Source: Bacteroidota bacterium (lineage in GTDB: Bacteria > Bacteroidota > Bacteroidia > AKYH767-A > JAHEYN01). From it: DNA of 64,000 nucleotides. The position numbers and the translations under genes were made by a program. Location: NCBI GenBank assembly GCA_023251555.1, contig JAHEYN010000017.1, positions 2,693 to 66,692 on the forward strand, read 5' to 3'. Positions 48,082-57,360 of the stretch are shown piece after piece (position 1 is the stretch's first letter; the number at the start of each line of letters is the position of its first letter). The notes below the pieces were generated by a model, which was given only the letters and a program-made list of their open reading frames with translations, was not told where the DNA came from and searched no databases.

Positions 48082-48960
48082 TTACTTTGCAATCACCGTA
48101 TCATAAACTGTTCCATAGCCTCCCCATATTCCAATTCCTCCGCTGATATTTGTTTTAATGGTAGTAGGTGATGCGAATGGGTTTCCGTTACTGTTGGATT
48201 CCACTTCCGCAAGCCTCCAGAAATCAAAAGTGGCCTGGTCTATAGTACTCCATTTGAGAACGATAGTATCACCTTTCTTAAAATACCCCCACTCCCCCGG
48301 GGCTTCAGACTCCGCGTTTCCTCCCCTCTCCCATCCGCGTTCAATATAAAATTTAAAGTTTTTTCCGTTTATAAATTTATCTTCAAAAACAGAACCGAAA
48401 GAAGCCAGAAAATCCTTATCCTTATTCAGGCGTTTAACCATATATTTATAGCAATTTCCATATGAAGGAGGGTCTGTTATGAGGCACCACAGATAGCCAA
48501 GGGAATCTTTCTTTCCTTCGGTGCTGAACCATACAGAGTCAAGGGGAAGAAGTGCAGGGATAAGGGTCTGGGCAGTTAATGACTGTTCTCCCGATTCGAC
48601 CCTGAGTGTGTATGTTTTACCCGCTTCCCCTTTCATATTAAAAGCCTGGTAAAAAAAACCGGGAATTATTTCTTTCAGGGTATCTGCAGTAACTCCGTCA
48701 CTGACTGTTACGAGAGCCCCCTTTACCCCATATTGCTGCAGAGAAGAAGAATCGAGGGGAGCAAAATACGGTGCTGTCTTTGAAAGCATCACATAAGGAT
48801 GTTCTCCGTTTTCGATATAACCTTCCACCACAATTTTGTTCTCTGCGGAAGGAAGATCTATTGTGATTTCCTTTTCACAGGACAAAATAAATGGCAAGAA
48901 GAATAAAGAAATCAAAAGTGAGCTGCAAAGGGTAGGGATATGTTTTTTCATATACAGCAT
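48082..48960 (-). CDS. DUF4249 family lipoprotein (partner of the upstream TonB-dependent receptor)
   Basis: Lipobox FILSC; EITIDLP...KIVVEGYIENGE...YVMLSKT N-terminal pattern; an alternative ATG lies at 48951. Confidence 0.6.
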   Translation of the reverse strand: MLYMKKHIPTLCSSLLISLFFLPFILSCEKEITIDLPSAENKIVVEGYIENGEHPYVMLSKTAPYFAPLDSSSLQQYGVKGALVTVSDGVTADTLKEIIPGFFYQAFNMKGEAGKTYTLRVESGEQSLTAQTLIPALLPLDSVWFSTEGKKDSLGYLWCLITDPPSYGNCYKYMVKRLNKDKDFLASFGSVFEDKFINGKNFKFYIERGWERGGNAESEAPGEWGYFKKGDTIVLKWSTIDQATFDFWRLAEVESNSNGNPFASPTTIKTNISGGIGIWGGYGTVYDTVIAK

Positions 48961-48965
48961 GGAAA

Positions 48966-51335
48966 TCAGAATTTAAAATTCCAGGTTACTGACGGTATAA
49001 CAGGGAAAAGGGATACCTGTTTAGCTTTGAGGTCAAGGGTTCCTTTCTCAAGATTACCAGTGTTTTCAAAATAAATGAAATAAGGATTATGGCGGTTGTA
49101 TACATTATAAACGGAGAGGTTCCATGAGGACTCATAGCGAAGATGTTTTTTCCCTGTATAAGTGATTGAAACATCCATCCTGTGATAAGGATCCATGCGG
49201 AACCAGTTTCTGCCTCCCCACTCCGTGTGTATTTCTCCGTTGATAAAATAGCGGGCCACAGGAAGTGTAATGGCATTCCCTGTTCCATAAACAAAAACGG
49301 ATGAGAATGACCAGTGTGCATTCAGATCGTATGTGGCAATAGCAGACAGGTCGTGTCTTCTGTCATAGCGGGCATAATACTCTTCGCCCAGATTAATTTC
49401 AGGGAACTTTCTTTTTGTCCAGGACAAAGTGTATCCAATCCACCCGTTCAGCTTGCCCGTTCTTTTTTTCAGAAACAGTTCAAGGCCGTATGACCATCCC
49501 TTCCCGAAAGTAAAGCTGTTATCAATGTTATTATTGATATTATCTTCAGGAAGAGAACCTTCTTTATAATCAATCAGGTTTTTCATGTCTTTATAATACA
49601 CTTCGGCTGAGGTCTCATAAATATCTTTGCTGAAATTCCTGAAATATCCGATTGCATACTGCTTCCCGACCTGTGGCTTTATCAACAGGGAGCTTGGCAC
49701 CCATATATCTGTAGGGAGGGTTATGGACGACATTGATGCAAGGTGCATGTATTGGTTATTCATGGTAAATGAAGCTTTTACAGAAGAGAACTCATCAACT
49801 GCATAGCGGAGCGAGATTCTTGGTTCAGGGCCATGATAGGTCTTTATGTTCCGGAAGGGGTCGTAATGAATTGTATCTGTAATTCTGCCGGTAAGGCTAT
49901 CCGTTACAAACCTGTCGTATGGACCGGTATGCTGAAATGCGGAATACCGGATGCCTGCATTGAGCTTAAAACGATCAGAGATGTCAATATCATCTGAAAA
50001 ATAGAGTGCGCCTTCATTGGCATACTGCCGGATAATTTTTTCAGGAGCCAGTTCCACTTCTCCCGACCTGGCAGAAATACTGCTGGGGGTGAACGTGTGA
50101 AAAATATAATTTACACCATACCTGATACTGTGCTTTACGTTTGGATAATAGCTGAAGTCAACCTTGGCATTCCAGTCCCTTATTCCAGAATACAACCGGA
50201 ACTCGAACTTATCCTGCAAGGCTTTCATTTCAAATTTATAATCGCTGAAGAGCGCCATAGCATTCATAAACAGTTTATCGTTAAAAAGGTGATTCCATCT
50301 CAGGGTGGTAGTGGCATTACCCCATGGGATGGAAACACCAAAATCCGATCCTTTGTTTTTAAAACTGAAAACATCTCTGCCGAAATAACCGCTGAGCAGC
50401 AGACGGTCCTTATCGGAAATCCTGTAATTAATCTTTGTGTTGAGGTCATAAAAGAAATACCCTGACCCTTCAAACTCTGATTTTTGAGAAGAAAACAGTT
50501 GGGCTGTTTTTGTAAGAATATCAGCGTATGTTCTCCTGGCAGAAATAATAAACGAAGATGTATCTTTTTTCAAAGGTCCCTGCACCGTAAGCCTGGAGGA
50601 GATCAGCCCGATACCTCCTTCCGCATGATAAGACCGGTTATTCCCTTCTTTCATTGATACATCAAGCACGGAAGCCAGTCTGCCTCCGTAGCTGGCGGGC
50701 ATACCTCCCTTGATGAGCGTCACATTTTTCACTGCGTCGGCATTGAACACCGAGAAAAAACCAAAAAGGTGTGAAGCGTTGTATACCACCGATTCATCCA
50801 GGAGAATAAGATTCTGGTCGGGTCCGCCGCCGCGTACATAATAACCCGCATTACCCTCCCCTGCCGACTGGACTCCCGGCAGGAGCTGTATGGTTTTAAG
50901 AATATCCACCTCACCCATAAAAGCGGGAATTGATTTAATCGTTTCTATGGATATTTCGGTGGTTCCCATTTCTGTTCCTTTCAGATTCTTATCAGCGCGC
51001 TCAGCTTCAATAAGCACTTCCTTTGCCATCATTGACTTACTCATGAGATCTGCGTTAAGCCTGATATTCTTATCAAGAAAAACAGCATATACGGTATCCA
51101 TGAAACCAAGAAATGAAATCCCGATGTGATAAGTTCCTTTTTCAAGTGTAAGAGAGTAAAACCCATACTGGTTGGTAGTGGTTCCCTTCAGTATTTCTTT
51201 CACATAAACATTGGCCCCGATAAGATATTCGCCGCTCCCCGACTCTTTCACATAACCACTCACGGTATATTTTTCCTGGGCGGAAAGAGTATGTATGAGA
51301 AAGAATAGCAAAAAAAACGCGGCGATTTTTTTCAT
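48966..51335 (-). CDS. TonB-dependent outer-membrane receptor with N-terminal carboxypeptidase-regulatory-like domain
   Basis: 789 aa; signal; YTVSGYVKESGSGEYLIGANVYVK (CarbopepD_reg); plug and 22-strand barrel; terminal aromatic F. Confidence 0.75.
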   Translation of the reverse strand: MKKIAAFFLLFFLIHTLSAQEKYTVSGYVKESGSGEYLIGANVYVKEILKGTTTNQYGFYSLTLEKGTYHIGISFLGFMDTVYAVFLDKNIRLNADLMSKSMMAKEVLIEAERADKNLKGTEMGTTEISIETIKSIPAFMGEVDILKTIQLLPGVQSAGEGNAGYYVRGGGPDQNLILLDESVVYNASHLFGFFSVFNADAVKNVTLIKGGMPASYGGRLASVLDVSMKEGNNRSYHAEGGIGLISSRLTVQGPLKKDTSSFIISARRTYADILTKTAQLFSSQKSEFEGSGYFFYDLNTKINYRISDKDRLLLSGYFGRDVFSFKNKGSDFGVSIPWGNATTTLRWNHLFNDKLFMNAMALFSDYKFEMKALQDKFEFRLYSGIRDWNAKVDFSYYPNVKHSIRYGVNYIFHTFTPSSISARSGEVELAPEKIIRQYANEGALYFSDDIDISDRFKLNAGIRYSAFQHTGPYDRFVTDSLTGRITDTIHYDPFRNIKTYHGPEPRISLRYAVDEFSSVKASFTMNNQYMHLASMSSITLPTDIWVPSSLLIKPQVGKQYAIGYFRNFSKDIYETSAEVYYKDMKNLIDYKEGSLPEDNINNNIDNSFTFGKGWSYGLELFLKKRTGKLNGWIGYTLSWTKRKFPEINLGEEYYARYDRRHDLSAIATYDLNAHWSFSSVFVYGTGNAITLPVARYFINGEIHTEWGGRNWFRMDPYHRMDVSITYTGKKHLRYESSWNLSVYNVYNRHNPYFIYFENTGNLEKGTLDLKAKQVSLFPVIPSVTWNFKF

Positions 51336-51449
51336 TTACTGGTAAAAATCTGTTGGGTGCACAAAAATACTTCAATTATGCCAAACACATAAATTCTTTT
51401 ATTTTTGCAGGTGTAAAGAGAATGCTTTGTTAACAAAGAGCATTCCGTT

Positions 51450-51523
51450 CGGGGTGTAGCGCAGCCTGGTAGCGTATCAGCATGGGGTGCTGGTGGTCGT
51501 GGGTTCGAATCCCGCCACCCCGA
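51450..51523 (+). tRNA. tRNA-Pro (anticodon GGG)
   Basis: Acceptor CGGGGTG/CACCCCG, anticodon stem TCAGC/GCTGG with loop ATGGGGT, T-arm GTGGG-TTCGAAT-CCCGC, discriminator A. Confidence 0.8.
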
Positions 51524-51529
51524 CAGAGC

Positions 51530-51587
51530 AATGTGGGTGTGAGTTTTAGCGGAGAGTGAAGCAACGTCCAAAACGCACACCCACATT
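51530..51587 (+). other. 12-bp perfect inverted repeat (AATGTGGGTGTG / CACACCCACATT) enclosing a 34-nt loop, immediately 3' of tRNA-Pro
   Basis: Arms at 51530-51541 and 51576-51587; possibly a processing or termination structure or a small RNA. Confidence 0.4.
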
Positions 51588-51599
51588 CATTCAATCGAC

Positions 51600-51908
51600 A
51601 TGAACTTTATTGATTTTATCAGGACTTTTCCTCCTCAGGGAGACAAAAGACTTCAATCATTTATTGACCTTGCAAAAAATGATATGGACTTCCCTCCTAC
51701 CAGCGATCCTTCGAAACTCGCTATTTATCTTTATAAAAAATTAAACCCTGTACAAACGACAGCATTTCAAAACTGTTTAATGATATACAGCAAGTTGCCG
51801 GACAATGAACTGCCTAAACGATTTTTCGGACGTGCAGATATGCCGCTCATGGCAATCAATATTATTGTGTCACTCCAAAATTTTGATTCGGAATATCCGT
51901 GGAACTGA
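51600..51908 (+). CDS. Hypothetical small protein (possibly YozE-like SAM fold)
   Basis: 102 aa; ATG start; FIDFIRTF...DMDFPPTSDPSKLAIYLY. Confidence 0.35.
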   Translation: MNFIDFIRTFPPQGDKRLQSFIDLAKNDMDFPPTSDPSKLAIYLYKKLNPVQTTAFQNCLMIYSKLPDNELPKRFFGRADMPLMAINIIVSLQNFDSEYPWN

Positions 51909-52103
51909 TACATAGACAGCATTTCAACCAGAAGAGATTGTACTAACTCTCTTAATGACTTAAAGGTTTTGTTAAAATGGTTTTGCAATGATTCTGCTTT
52001 TTCGGTTAAGTATAAGTAACGGAATTGAATCTGGTCTTTGCTTTCATTTTTTCGATTCCCTGACTGATGCAGTTATGTGAAACGAAATATGAATGTGAAG
52101 CAG

Positions 52104-52140
52104 CAAAAAATGGAACGGGCTGCGCTTAATTGCGCAGCCC
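52104..52140 (-). terminator. Rho-independent terminator downstream of tRNA-Leu (minus strand)
   Basis: GGGCTGCGC-TTAAT-TGCGCAGCCC hairpin followed on the minus strand by GTTCCATTTTTTG. Confidence 0.6.
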
Positions 52141-52154
52141 TTACTGTTTCACCG

Positions 52155-52236
52155 TGCCCGAAGCGAGACTCGAACTCGCAAGCCTTGCGGCATACGCCCC
52201 TCAAACGTACGTGTATACCAATTCCACCATCCGGGC
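52155..52236 (-). tRNA. tRNA-Leu (anticodon GAG)
   Basis: Reverse complement GCCCGGATGGTGGAATTGGTATACACG-TACGT-TTGAGGG-GCGTA-...-GCGAG-TTCGAGT-CTCGC-TTCGGGC-A; long variable arm; G37. Confidence 0.8.
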
Positions 52237-52295
52237 AGTAATTTTTGAGGAATGCAAAGATAAAAAAATGTAACTAACCGGTAAATTTTATCTTT

Positions 52296-53114
52296 GTGAA
52301 AATAAGAACAGAGCGCTTGAGGAAATTTATAAAATACCTGCTACTATTATGTGCTGCGGCCTGGTTCACTTTTTTTGTTTTTCAAAAACTGAACCCGCAG
52401 CTCCGAAAATCAACGGGATCTCCTTTACCGGGTGATGAATTCAATCCCGCCATGGAAAGACTTCAGAGTCTGGATGATTTTATAAGTTATGCCGACAGCG
52501 CTGCCGCCGACTCGGGCTTTTATGCCTTTAACGATAAGGGCGACTACCCTCTGCTCATTTCACGCCTGATAAAATACCGTTTCTATCATGGATTCAGCTA
52601 CTACTCATATTCAGATAATATTATTGCATATCTCGCCGGCAAGCTTTTATGGGATGACTTTGCAGCCATAGTTGTCCCTGATGACATTCTCCGGTTCAAC
52701 AATGCCGCCTGCAGCCAGCAAAGCATTATCTTCATGGAAATTCTAAAGCGGAAGGGATTTTCCGTAAGGAGCGTTTACCTGCGGGGGCATTTCGCTGCCG
52801 AAATCCGCTATAACGGCAAATGGCATTTTTTTGACACCAACCTCGAGCCGAAATTCAGCAGGCTAACGGAGAGGCCCGGCATCGAAGAATTGGTTTTAAA
52901 CAAAGCCATACTTTATGAAGCCTATAAAAGCACGAGGGGAAATGCCATGATTGACAGCATTTTCAGCCAGCACAGGCTTTCCGGTGTTAACAATTTCCCT
53001 GCGCGCAAAATGTATCTTTTCCAGAGAAGCGCTTTTTACTTCTCAACATACGGATGGGTGCTTCTGATCATTATTGCTTTTTATTACAGTTTAAAAATCA
53101 GGAACCGCCAATAA
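52296..53114 (+). CDS. Membrane-anchored transglutaminase-like cysteine-peptidase-fold protein
   Basis: 272 aa; GTG start; N-terminal TM; Cys-His-Asp core NNAACSQQSIIFMEILKRKGFSVRSVYLRGHFAAEIRYNGKWHFFDTN. Confidence 0.45.
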   Translation: MKIRTERLRKFIKYLLLLCAAAWFTFFVFQKLNPQLRKSTGSPLPGDEFNPAMERLQSLDDFISYADSAAADSGFYAFNDKGDYPLLISRLIKYRFYHGFSYYSYSDNIIAYLAGKLLWDDFAAIVVPDDILRFNNAACSQQSIIFMEILKRKGFSVRSVYLRGHFAAEIRYNGKWHFFDTNLEPKFSRLTERPGIEELVLNKAILYEAYKSTRGNAMIDSIFSQHRLSGVNNFPARKMYLFQRSAFYFSTYGWVLLIIIAFYYSLKIRNRQ

Positions 53115-53150
53115 GTTTTTCAAGAAGGTTGCTCCTCCCTGCCGCCTGAT

Positions 53151-53597
53151 TCACTTCGTTACTGTAATTGCGGTACTGGTGACCGTATTGCTTTCATGCC
53201 CTGCACGATCCAACAAGTGAACAGAATATGTAACCGTTTGGGATGAAGATCCGTCTGTAATCCCTGTATTCCGGATGGAGACGGATAAATTCCCCCTGAT
53301 AATAATCCCGGCTCCCTGTGGTGCCAGCTGGGGAATGCGGTATTCATAGGTAACTCCGATACGGTTATCGGTAATAAAAAGATTTTTTACATCCGGGCTA
53401 TCTTCTCCAAGATCTCCGTCGCCATCTTCGTATGAAATGACAAAGACAACAGCTTCCTTATATTCTTTAACGGAAGAAGGAGAAACGCTCTCAAGTTTTA
53501 TTTGAGGAACGTCGCTATAGACGGGGGCATCCTTTTTGCAGGAACCAAGGAGAGTTGCTCCAAGTAGAAGTAAAGCCGGAAAAATAAAAATCTTCAT
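53151..53597 (-). CDS. Hypothetical lipoprotein (last gene of the DUF1501 operon)
   Basis: 148 aa; lipobox LLGSC; start overlaps the upstream gene stop by 4 bp. Confidence 0.6.
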   Translation of the reverse strand: MKIFIFPALLLLGATLLGSCKKDAPVYSDVPQIKLESVSPSSVKEYKEAVVFVISYEDGDGDLGEDSPDVKNLFITDNRIGVTYEYRIPQLAPQGAGIIIRGNLSVSIRNTGITDGSSSQTVTYSVHLLDRAGHESNTVTSTAITVTK

Positions 53598-54514
53598 TGT
53601 ATCTTAAAGGAGTAATATGTTTTGTACCCGGCGGCCGATTCTGCGGAAGGGAATTCTGTATCAGCAGCATGATTTCCATCGTTCACATAATATCTCATAT
53701 ATAGCACATCTCCAACAGAAAAAACAGAAGCATTAACATCTGCAATCCATAAGCTGTACCCGCCCAAAGAAAAATAATAAGCACTGTAAATTGCGGAAGA
53801 GGCGAAATCATTCATCGCATATGAAAGTTTTAATTTATTCACCGTCAGTGCAGAAACGGCAGTGCTGTCGTCTTCCACAACCATTACAATTTTTATTTTT
53901 GAATTTGCGGAGACAATGAAAGGATTATAAAACACACCCCCTACCCTGATGCTGTCTATTCTGTTAAAAGCAGAATCGGTAGCAATATACCCTACCACGA
54001 CTGGTTTTGTATTAGGAAGCGCGGGAGAATTTCCGAACATATCCCTGGCGCCATCCATTATCCATTTATTGATACAATTCATTTCTGAAGCTGACAAAGG
54101 AGAAGAGTATAACGGCATGCGGCCGAGATTGGCATCGTCGGTAGTAAGACGTTCATGAAACCAGGACGCAGCAGTGTCGTAAGGCACTACGCGGTATCTG
54201 AATGCAGAGTCGACAGTATATTTTTTAACGGGATGATAAACGAGGGTAGAATAAGAAGATTGCACTGTGCGGTAATCCGGTTCAAAATGCCCGTCGTGGC
54301 AGCCAGGCATGGCACATTTCACACGAAGAATATTGTAATGTATCCCGACGATAGTATTAGGGTCGGGAGGCTGGGAGCTTCCCCCGCCTGTTCCATAATC
54401 AATTGTATCGTAAGGATTGGGAGGAGGTGCGTCTTTTTTGCAACTATCAGACAAGACGGAAACAACAATACCGGTGAACAGAGCCGGGAGAAGATATCTA
54501 ATTACCCTGCTCAT
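53594..54514 (-). CDS. Lipoprotein with PSCyt1-like (Planctomycete cytochrome c-like) domain, CX4CH motif
   Basis: 306 aa; lipobox LSDSC; CAMPGCHDGHFEP ... LGRMPLYSSPLSASEMNCINKWIMDGARD parallels CVVPGCH ... NPPMPAGRSSLDRQDVILIRDWIAAGAP in the 8928-10397 protein. Confidence 0.55.
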   Translation of the reverse strand: MSRVIRYLLPALFTGIVVSVLSDSCKKDAPPPNPYDTIDYGTGGGSSQPPDPNTIVGIHYNILRVKCAMPGCHDGHFEPDYRTVQSSYSTLVYHPVKKYTVDSAFRYRVVPYDTAASWFHERLTTDDANLGRMPLYSSPLSASEMNCINKWIMDGARDMFGNSPALPNTKPVVVGYIATDSAFNRIDSIRVGGVFYNPFIVSANSKIKIVMVVEDDSTAVSALTVNKLKLSYAMNDFASSAIYSAYYFSLGGYSLWIADVNASVFSVGDVLYMRYYVNDGNHAADTEFPSAESAAGYKTYYSFKIQ

Positions 54515-55839
54515 ATAAAAGCCTGCTGAAGATCGCAGGAGGAGAAGGGTTTAAGGAGCCCGGAGGAGATGTCTCCCTCAAAACCGAGGATATCAGCTAT
54601 TGCAGGAACTATTTCAATACTTTCTCCCGCCACTGCGTTTATAACCTGGTTCTGTTTAACCACTGACGGAGGTCCCGCAACGAGGCAAAAAATATTCCTT
54701 GCATTCTGGTCTCCCCCGGATGCGGGAGCAGTATGGTCAATGGCATATCTTCCGAAGGTATCCACAAGTGTGTTGCTCTGCAGGTTGCGGCCGTGCTCCG
54801 GGGCGACAATAAGTATAGTGTCATTCATCATGCCCGGTGTGCTCTGTATCATATTCCAGAGGTGGGCAACGGCATAATCCGCTTTGCGGAGATTGTTGCA
54901 ATACGCAGTGAAGTTGGAATGGCATATATCCACTCCCTGCATGTTCACGACGAGCAATTCCGGCTTGTATTCCCTGATAATTTCTTCTGCAAAAAAGACA
55001 TTAAACATATCGTTATTCATGGCTGCCCCTGCCCCCCAGGGATCAGCGTATTGGCCCGACATCGCTTTGGAAAACAGTCCTGAGAGATATGCCTGTATGG
55101 ATTCCGAAACAGCCAGGGGATTCACAACGCCTGCCTCTTCAGGGTTGTACTGCCCGGAAAAGTTAGCGTCGAGGAAGCCTCGCAGCCCGGAAGATGAGGC
55201 TTTCTGAGAGGACGAAAAGATTTTCGGTGTTCCGAGAACGGAATATCCATCAACCCCGATAAGGTTTGTAGGTGCAATAAAATTAGCCCCGTACATACTT
55301 CCATACCCGGGGTACCGGCTGTAGTTAAGGGCGGGATAAGGGCCGAGGGTATCTGAGATCCACCATGCATTCAATGCTGCAGGTGAAGGGGTATTGTGTT
55401 TCCTGTAATATTCAAAAACGGTAGGGTGTTCAGGGTGTTCCCTGAGATTCAGGTCGGTGTCTGTGTAAACTCCGGTGATTGCGGCAGTATGCCCGTTGAA
55501 ATGCCCTGTGGGTCCTCCGGCATAACGGAATTCCCTGAAAAGCGTTCCATAATTCTGGAGGGGCATGGGGAGAGGCGATGCCGGGAGGGGCTGTATTCCT
55601 CCAAGGATACCGGGGTTGATATTTTCAGTACCATTGAGGATGTTGGGCATAAGATTGCCTTCCGATTTCTGTGTGGATTCAAAATTACGTACTCCCCCGG
55701 CGTAAAGGCAAAACACTACATGGTTTGCTTTCCTTGCGCCTGAAGCGGCAAACAGGCGGCCCGACGGAAGGATATAGGGAGCTATAAAAGAACCGGCTGC
55801 TGCAAGCCCCGTGGATCTTATGAATGTGCGTCTTTTCAT
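54511..55839 (-). CDS. DUF1501 family protein (Tat-exported, sulfatase / alkaline-phosphatase-like fold)
   Basis: 442 aa; twin-arginine signal MKRRTFIRSTGLAAAGSFIAP; VVFCLYAGGVRNFES fits the DUF1501 GG-S/x-x-D block. Confidence 0.6.
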   Translation of the reverse strand: MKRRTFIRSTGLAAAGSFIAPYILPSGRLFAASGARKANHVVFCLYAGGVRNFESTQKSEGNLMPNILNGTENINPGILGGIQPLPASPLPMPLQNYGTLFREFRYAGGPTGHFNGHTAAITGVYTDTDLNLREHPEHPTVFEYYRKHNTPSPAALNAWWISDTLGPYPALNYSRYPGYGSMYGANFIAPTNLIGVDGYSVLGTPKIFSSSQKASSSGLRGFLDANFSGQYNPEEAGVVNPLAVSESIQAYLSGLFSKAMSGQYADPWGAGAAMNNDMFNVFFAEEIIREYKPELLVVNMQGVDICHSNFTAYCNNLRKADYAVAHLWNMIQSTPGMMNDTILIVAPEHGRNLQSNTLVDTFGRYAIDHTAPASGGDQNARNIFCLVAGPPSVVKQNQVINAVAGESIEIVPAIADILGFEGDISSGLLKPFSSCDLQQAFI

Positions 55840-55842
55840 AGC

Positions 55843-56349
55843 TCAGTAATATCTGTATTCATTTGAAGTAAGGAAAGAGTAATAAACGAGCTCAGGAGTA
55901 ACGGACGTATCTGATTTAATAAGATTTGTAACGAACCATTTCTCATACTCATTGGGAGAACGATTATAAAATTTTTTATACGTGTCTGAAACAAACTTGC
56001 CCACATCCGCCGTCATGGATGCTTTTGCCGGCACCTGGGGCGGAGGGGTTGTCCTGTTCAGAAAATTACGGATTACCATATCTTCAATAAGCTTGCGGTC
56101 GCCGAAAGAGGAATATGCCGTTGAGAGCTTTACCAGATCCGCATTACTGATAGATGTGCCGAAAATATCCGCATATGCAATTGAAATAAACTCCGTAGTT
56201 GTTTTGACATTGGGCTTAAGGCTTCCTTCCTGGGAAACAGTCACATCCTTTACTCCATACACATAACTTTTTTCTTTACGGCAGGATGTAACGGCAGGAA
56301 GGATGAGAAGTAGCGAAAATGTGCAGGCAGACAGAATTTTATTGTACAT
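55843..56349 (-). CDS. Hypothetical lipoprotein, paralog A
   Basis: 168 aa; lipobox AVTSC; FYNRSPNEYEK core and C-terminal FLTSNEYRYY shared with the upstream gene. Confidence 0.55.
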   Translation of the reverse strand: MYNKILSACTFSLLLILPAVTSCRKEKSYVYGVKDVTVSQEGSLKPNVKTTTEFISIAYADIFGTSISNADLVKLSTAYSSFGDRKLIEDMVIRNFLNRTTPPPQVPAKASMTADVGKFVSDTYKKFYNRSPNEYEKWFVTNLIKSDTSVTPELVYYSFLTSNEYRYY

Positions 56350-56358
56350 GGGGAAAGT

Positions 56359-57225
56359 TTATTTTATGCCGGCATATTCATCCGAGGAGAGAATTTTTTT
56401 CTGCAATCCTTCATAGCTGCCGGAAGATTTATACAGAGCTGTGCATTCCGATATCTCCGTTGATCCGGGCAGGCGGAAGAGATACCTGGAGTACAGATCT
56501 CTCACCTGGCCTTCGAGGTAATCGGCGGAGGCAAAGAATATGGAGAGGAAATCCTTTTTCCCAACCCCGGCCTGGAAGAACACGGAGGCGTTGAACCCGT
56601 CCACCATCCGGCTTGCGGATTGGAGCTCGGCATCAGTAGGGTATCTGTAAAGAAAATGCTGCCACATGGAAACCACGAAGTTGGCGGTTCCCATATTTAT
56701 CTGGTCATAGAAATAATTGTTCACACATCTCCCGTACAGTTCTTTTTCGTCTATGGTTCCGTCCTTAAGCCCTGCAGGCACAGCACGTAAATCATTCAGT
56801 CTTGTGATTTCATTTCCTAGCAGGTCCCATATCACGAAATAACTGCTGTCCTGAAGGAGTACCTGGAAAACAGCTATCATCTGAGCGATCTCGTTTGTAT
56901 CCTGGTCATTGAGGAGATCAATTCTTGCAATGGAGTACAGGTGCTCCCTGTATTCCGGTTTCATGAAAACAGTATCGAGGATTTCCCGGCGGTCGGCTCC
57001 GGAGAAATTGTTTTTACCGGCAATCAGCATACACTGCTGAAACTCTCCGGCAGCAGGCTTCCGCCCCAGAATGCTGATAAATACTTTGTTGATATACGAT
57101 TCCTTAAGGGAGGCAGGAATGGTTTTGTCAGGCGGAGGAGTGTTGCCGGAAATAACGACTTCTTCGTATTTCTTACATCCGGAAAAAAGAAGGATGAGTG
57201 AGAGATATAATAGAGTTATATGCAT
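56359..57225 (-). CDS. Hypothetical lipoprotein, paralog B
   Basis: Lipobox LLFSGC from the ATG at 57225 (ORF track extends to a GTG at 57237); FLYRYPTDAEL core and C-terminal ILSSDEYAGIK. Confidence 0.55.
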   Translation of the reverse strand: MHITLLYLSLILLFSGCKKYEEVVISGNTPPPDKTIPASLKESYINKVFISILGRKPAAGEFQQCMLIAGKNNFSGADRREILDTVFMKPEYREHLYSIARIDLLNDQDTNEIAQMIAVFQVLLQDSSYFVIWDLLGNEITRLNDLRAVPAGLKDGTIDEKELYGRCVNNYFYDQINMGTANFVVSMWQHFLYRYPTDAELQSASRMVDGFNASVFFQAGVGKKDFLSIFFASADYLEGQVRDLYSRYLFRLPGSTEISECTALYKSSGSYEGLQKKILSSDEYAGIK

Positions 57226-57360
57226 GGGGGGAAGCACTGATGGGGAATTAGAAATTCAAATATATGAAAATATACAAAGCGCAATAATTTACACGGATGC
57301 ATGGATAGACCGGATCTTTGTATCAAATTGCTGCCTGGATTCTTCCCCCCACTCCCACTC

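Noticed and set aside
55843-57237. Split or pseudogenised DUF1800 gene (168 aa plus 292 aa, about 460 aa total) next to DUF1501
   Set aside because: Both ORFs have their own lipoprotein signal peptides and look like tandem paralogs rather than two halves of one interrupted gene. I do not call a pseudogene.
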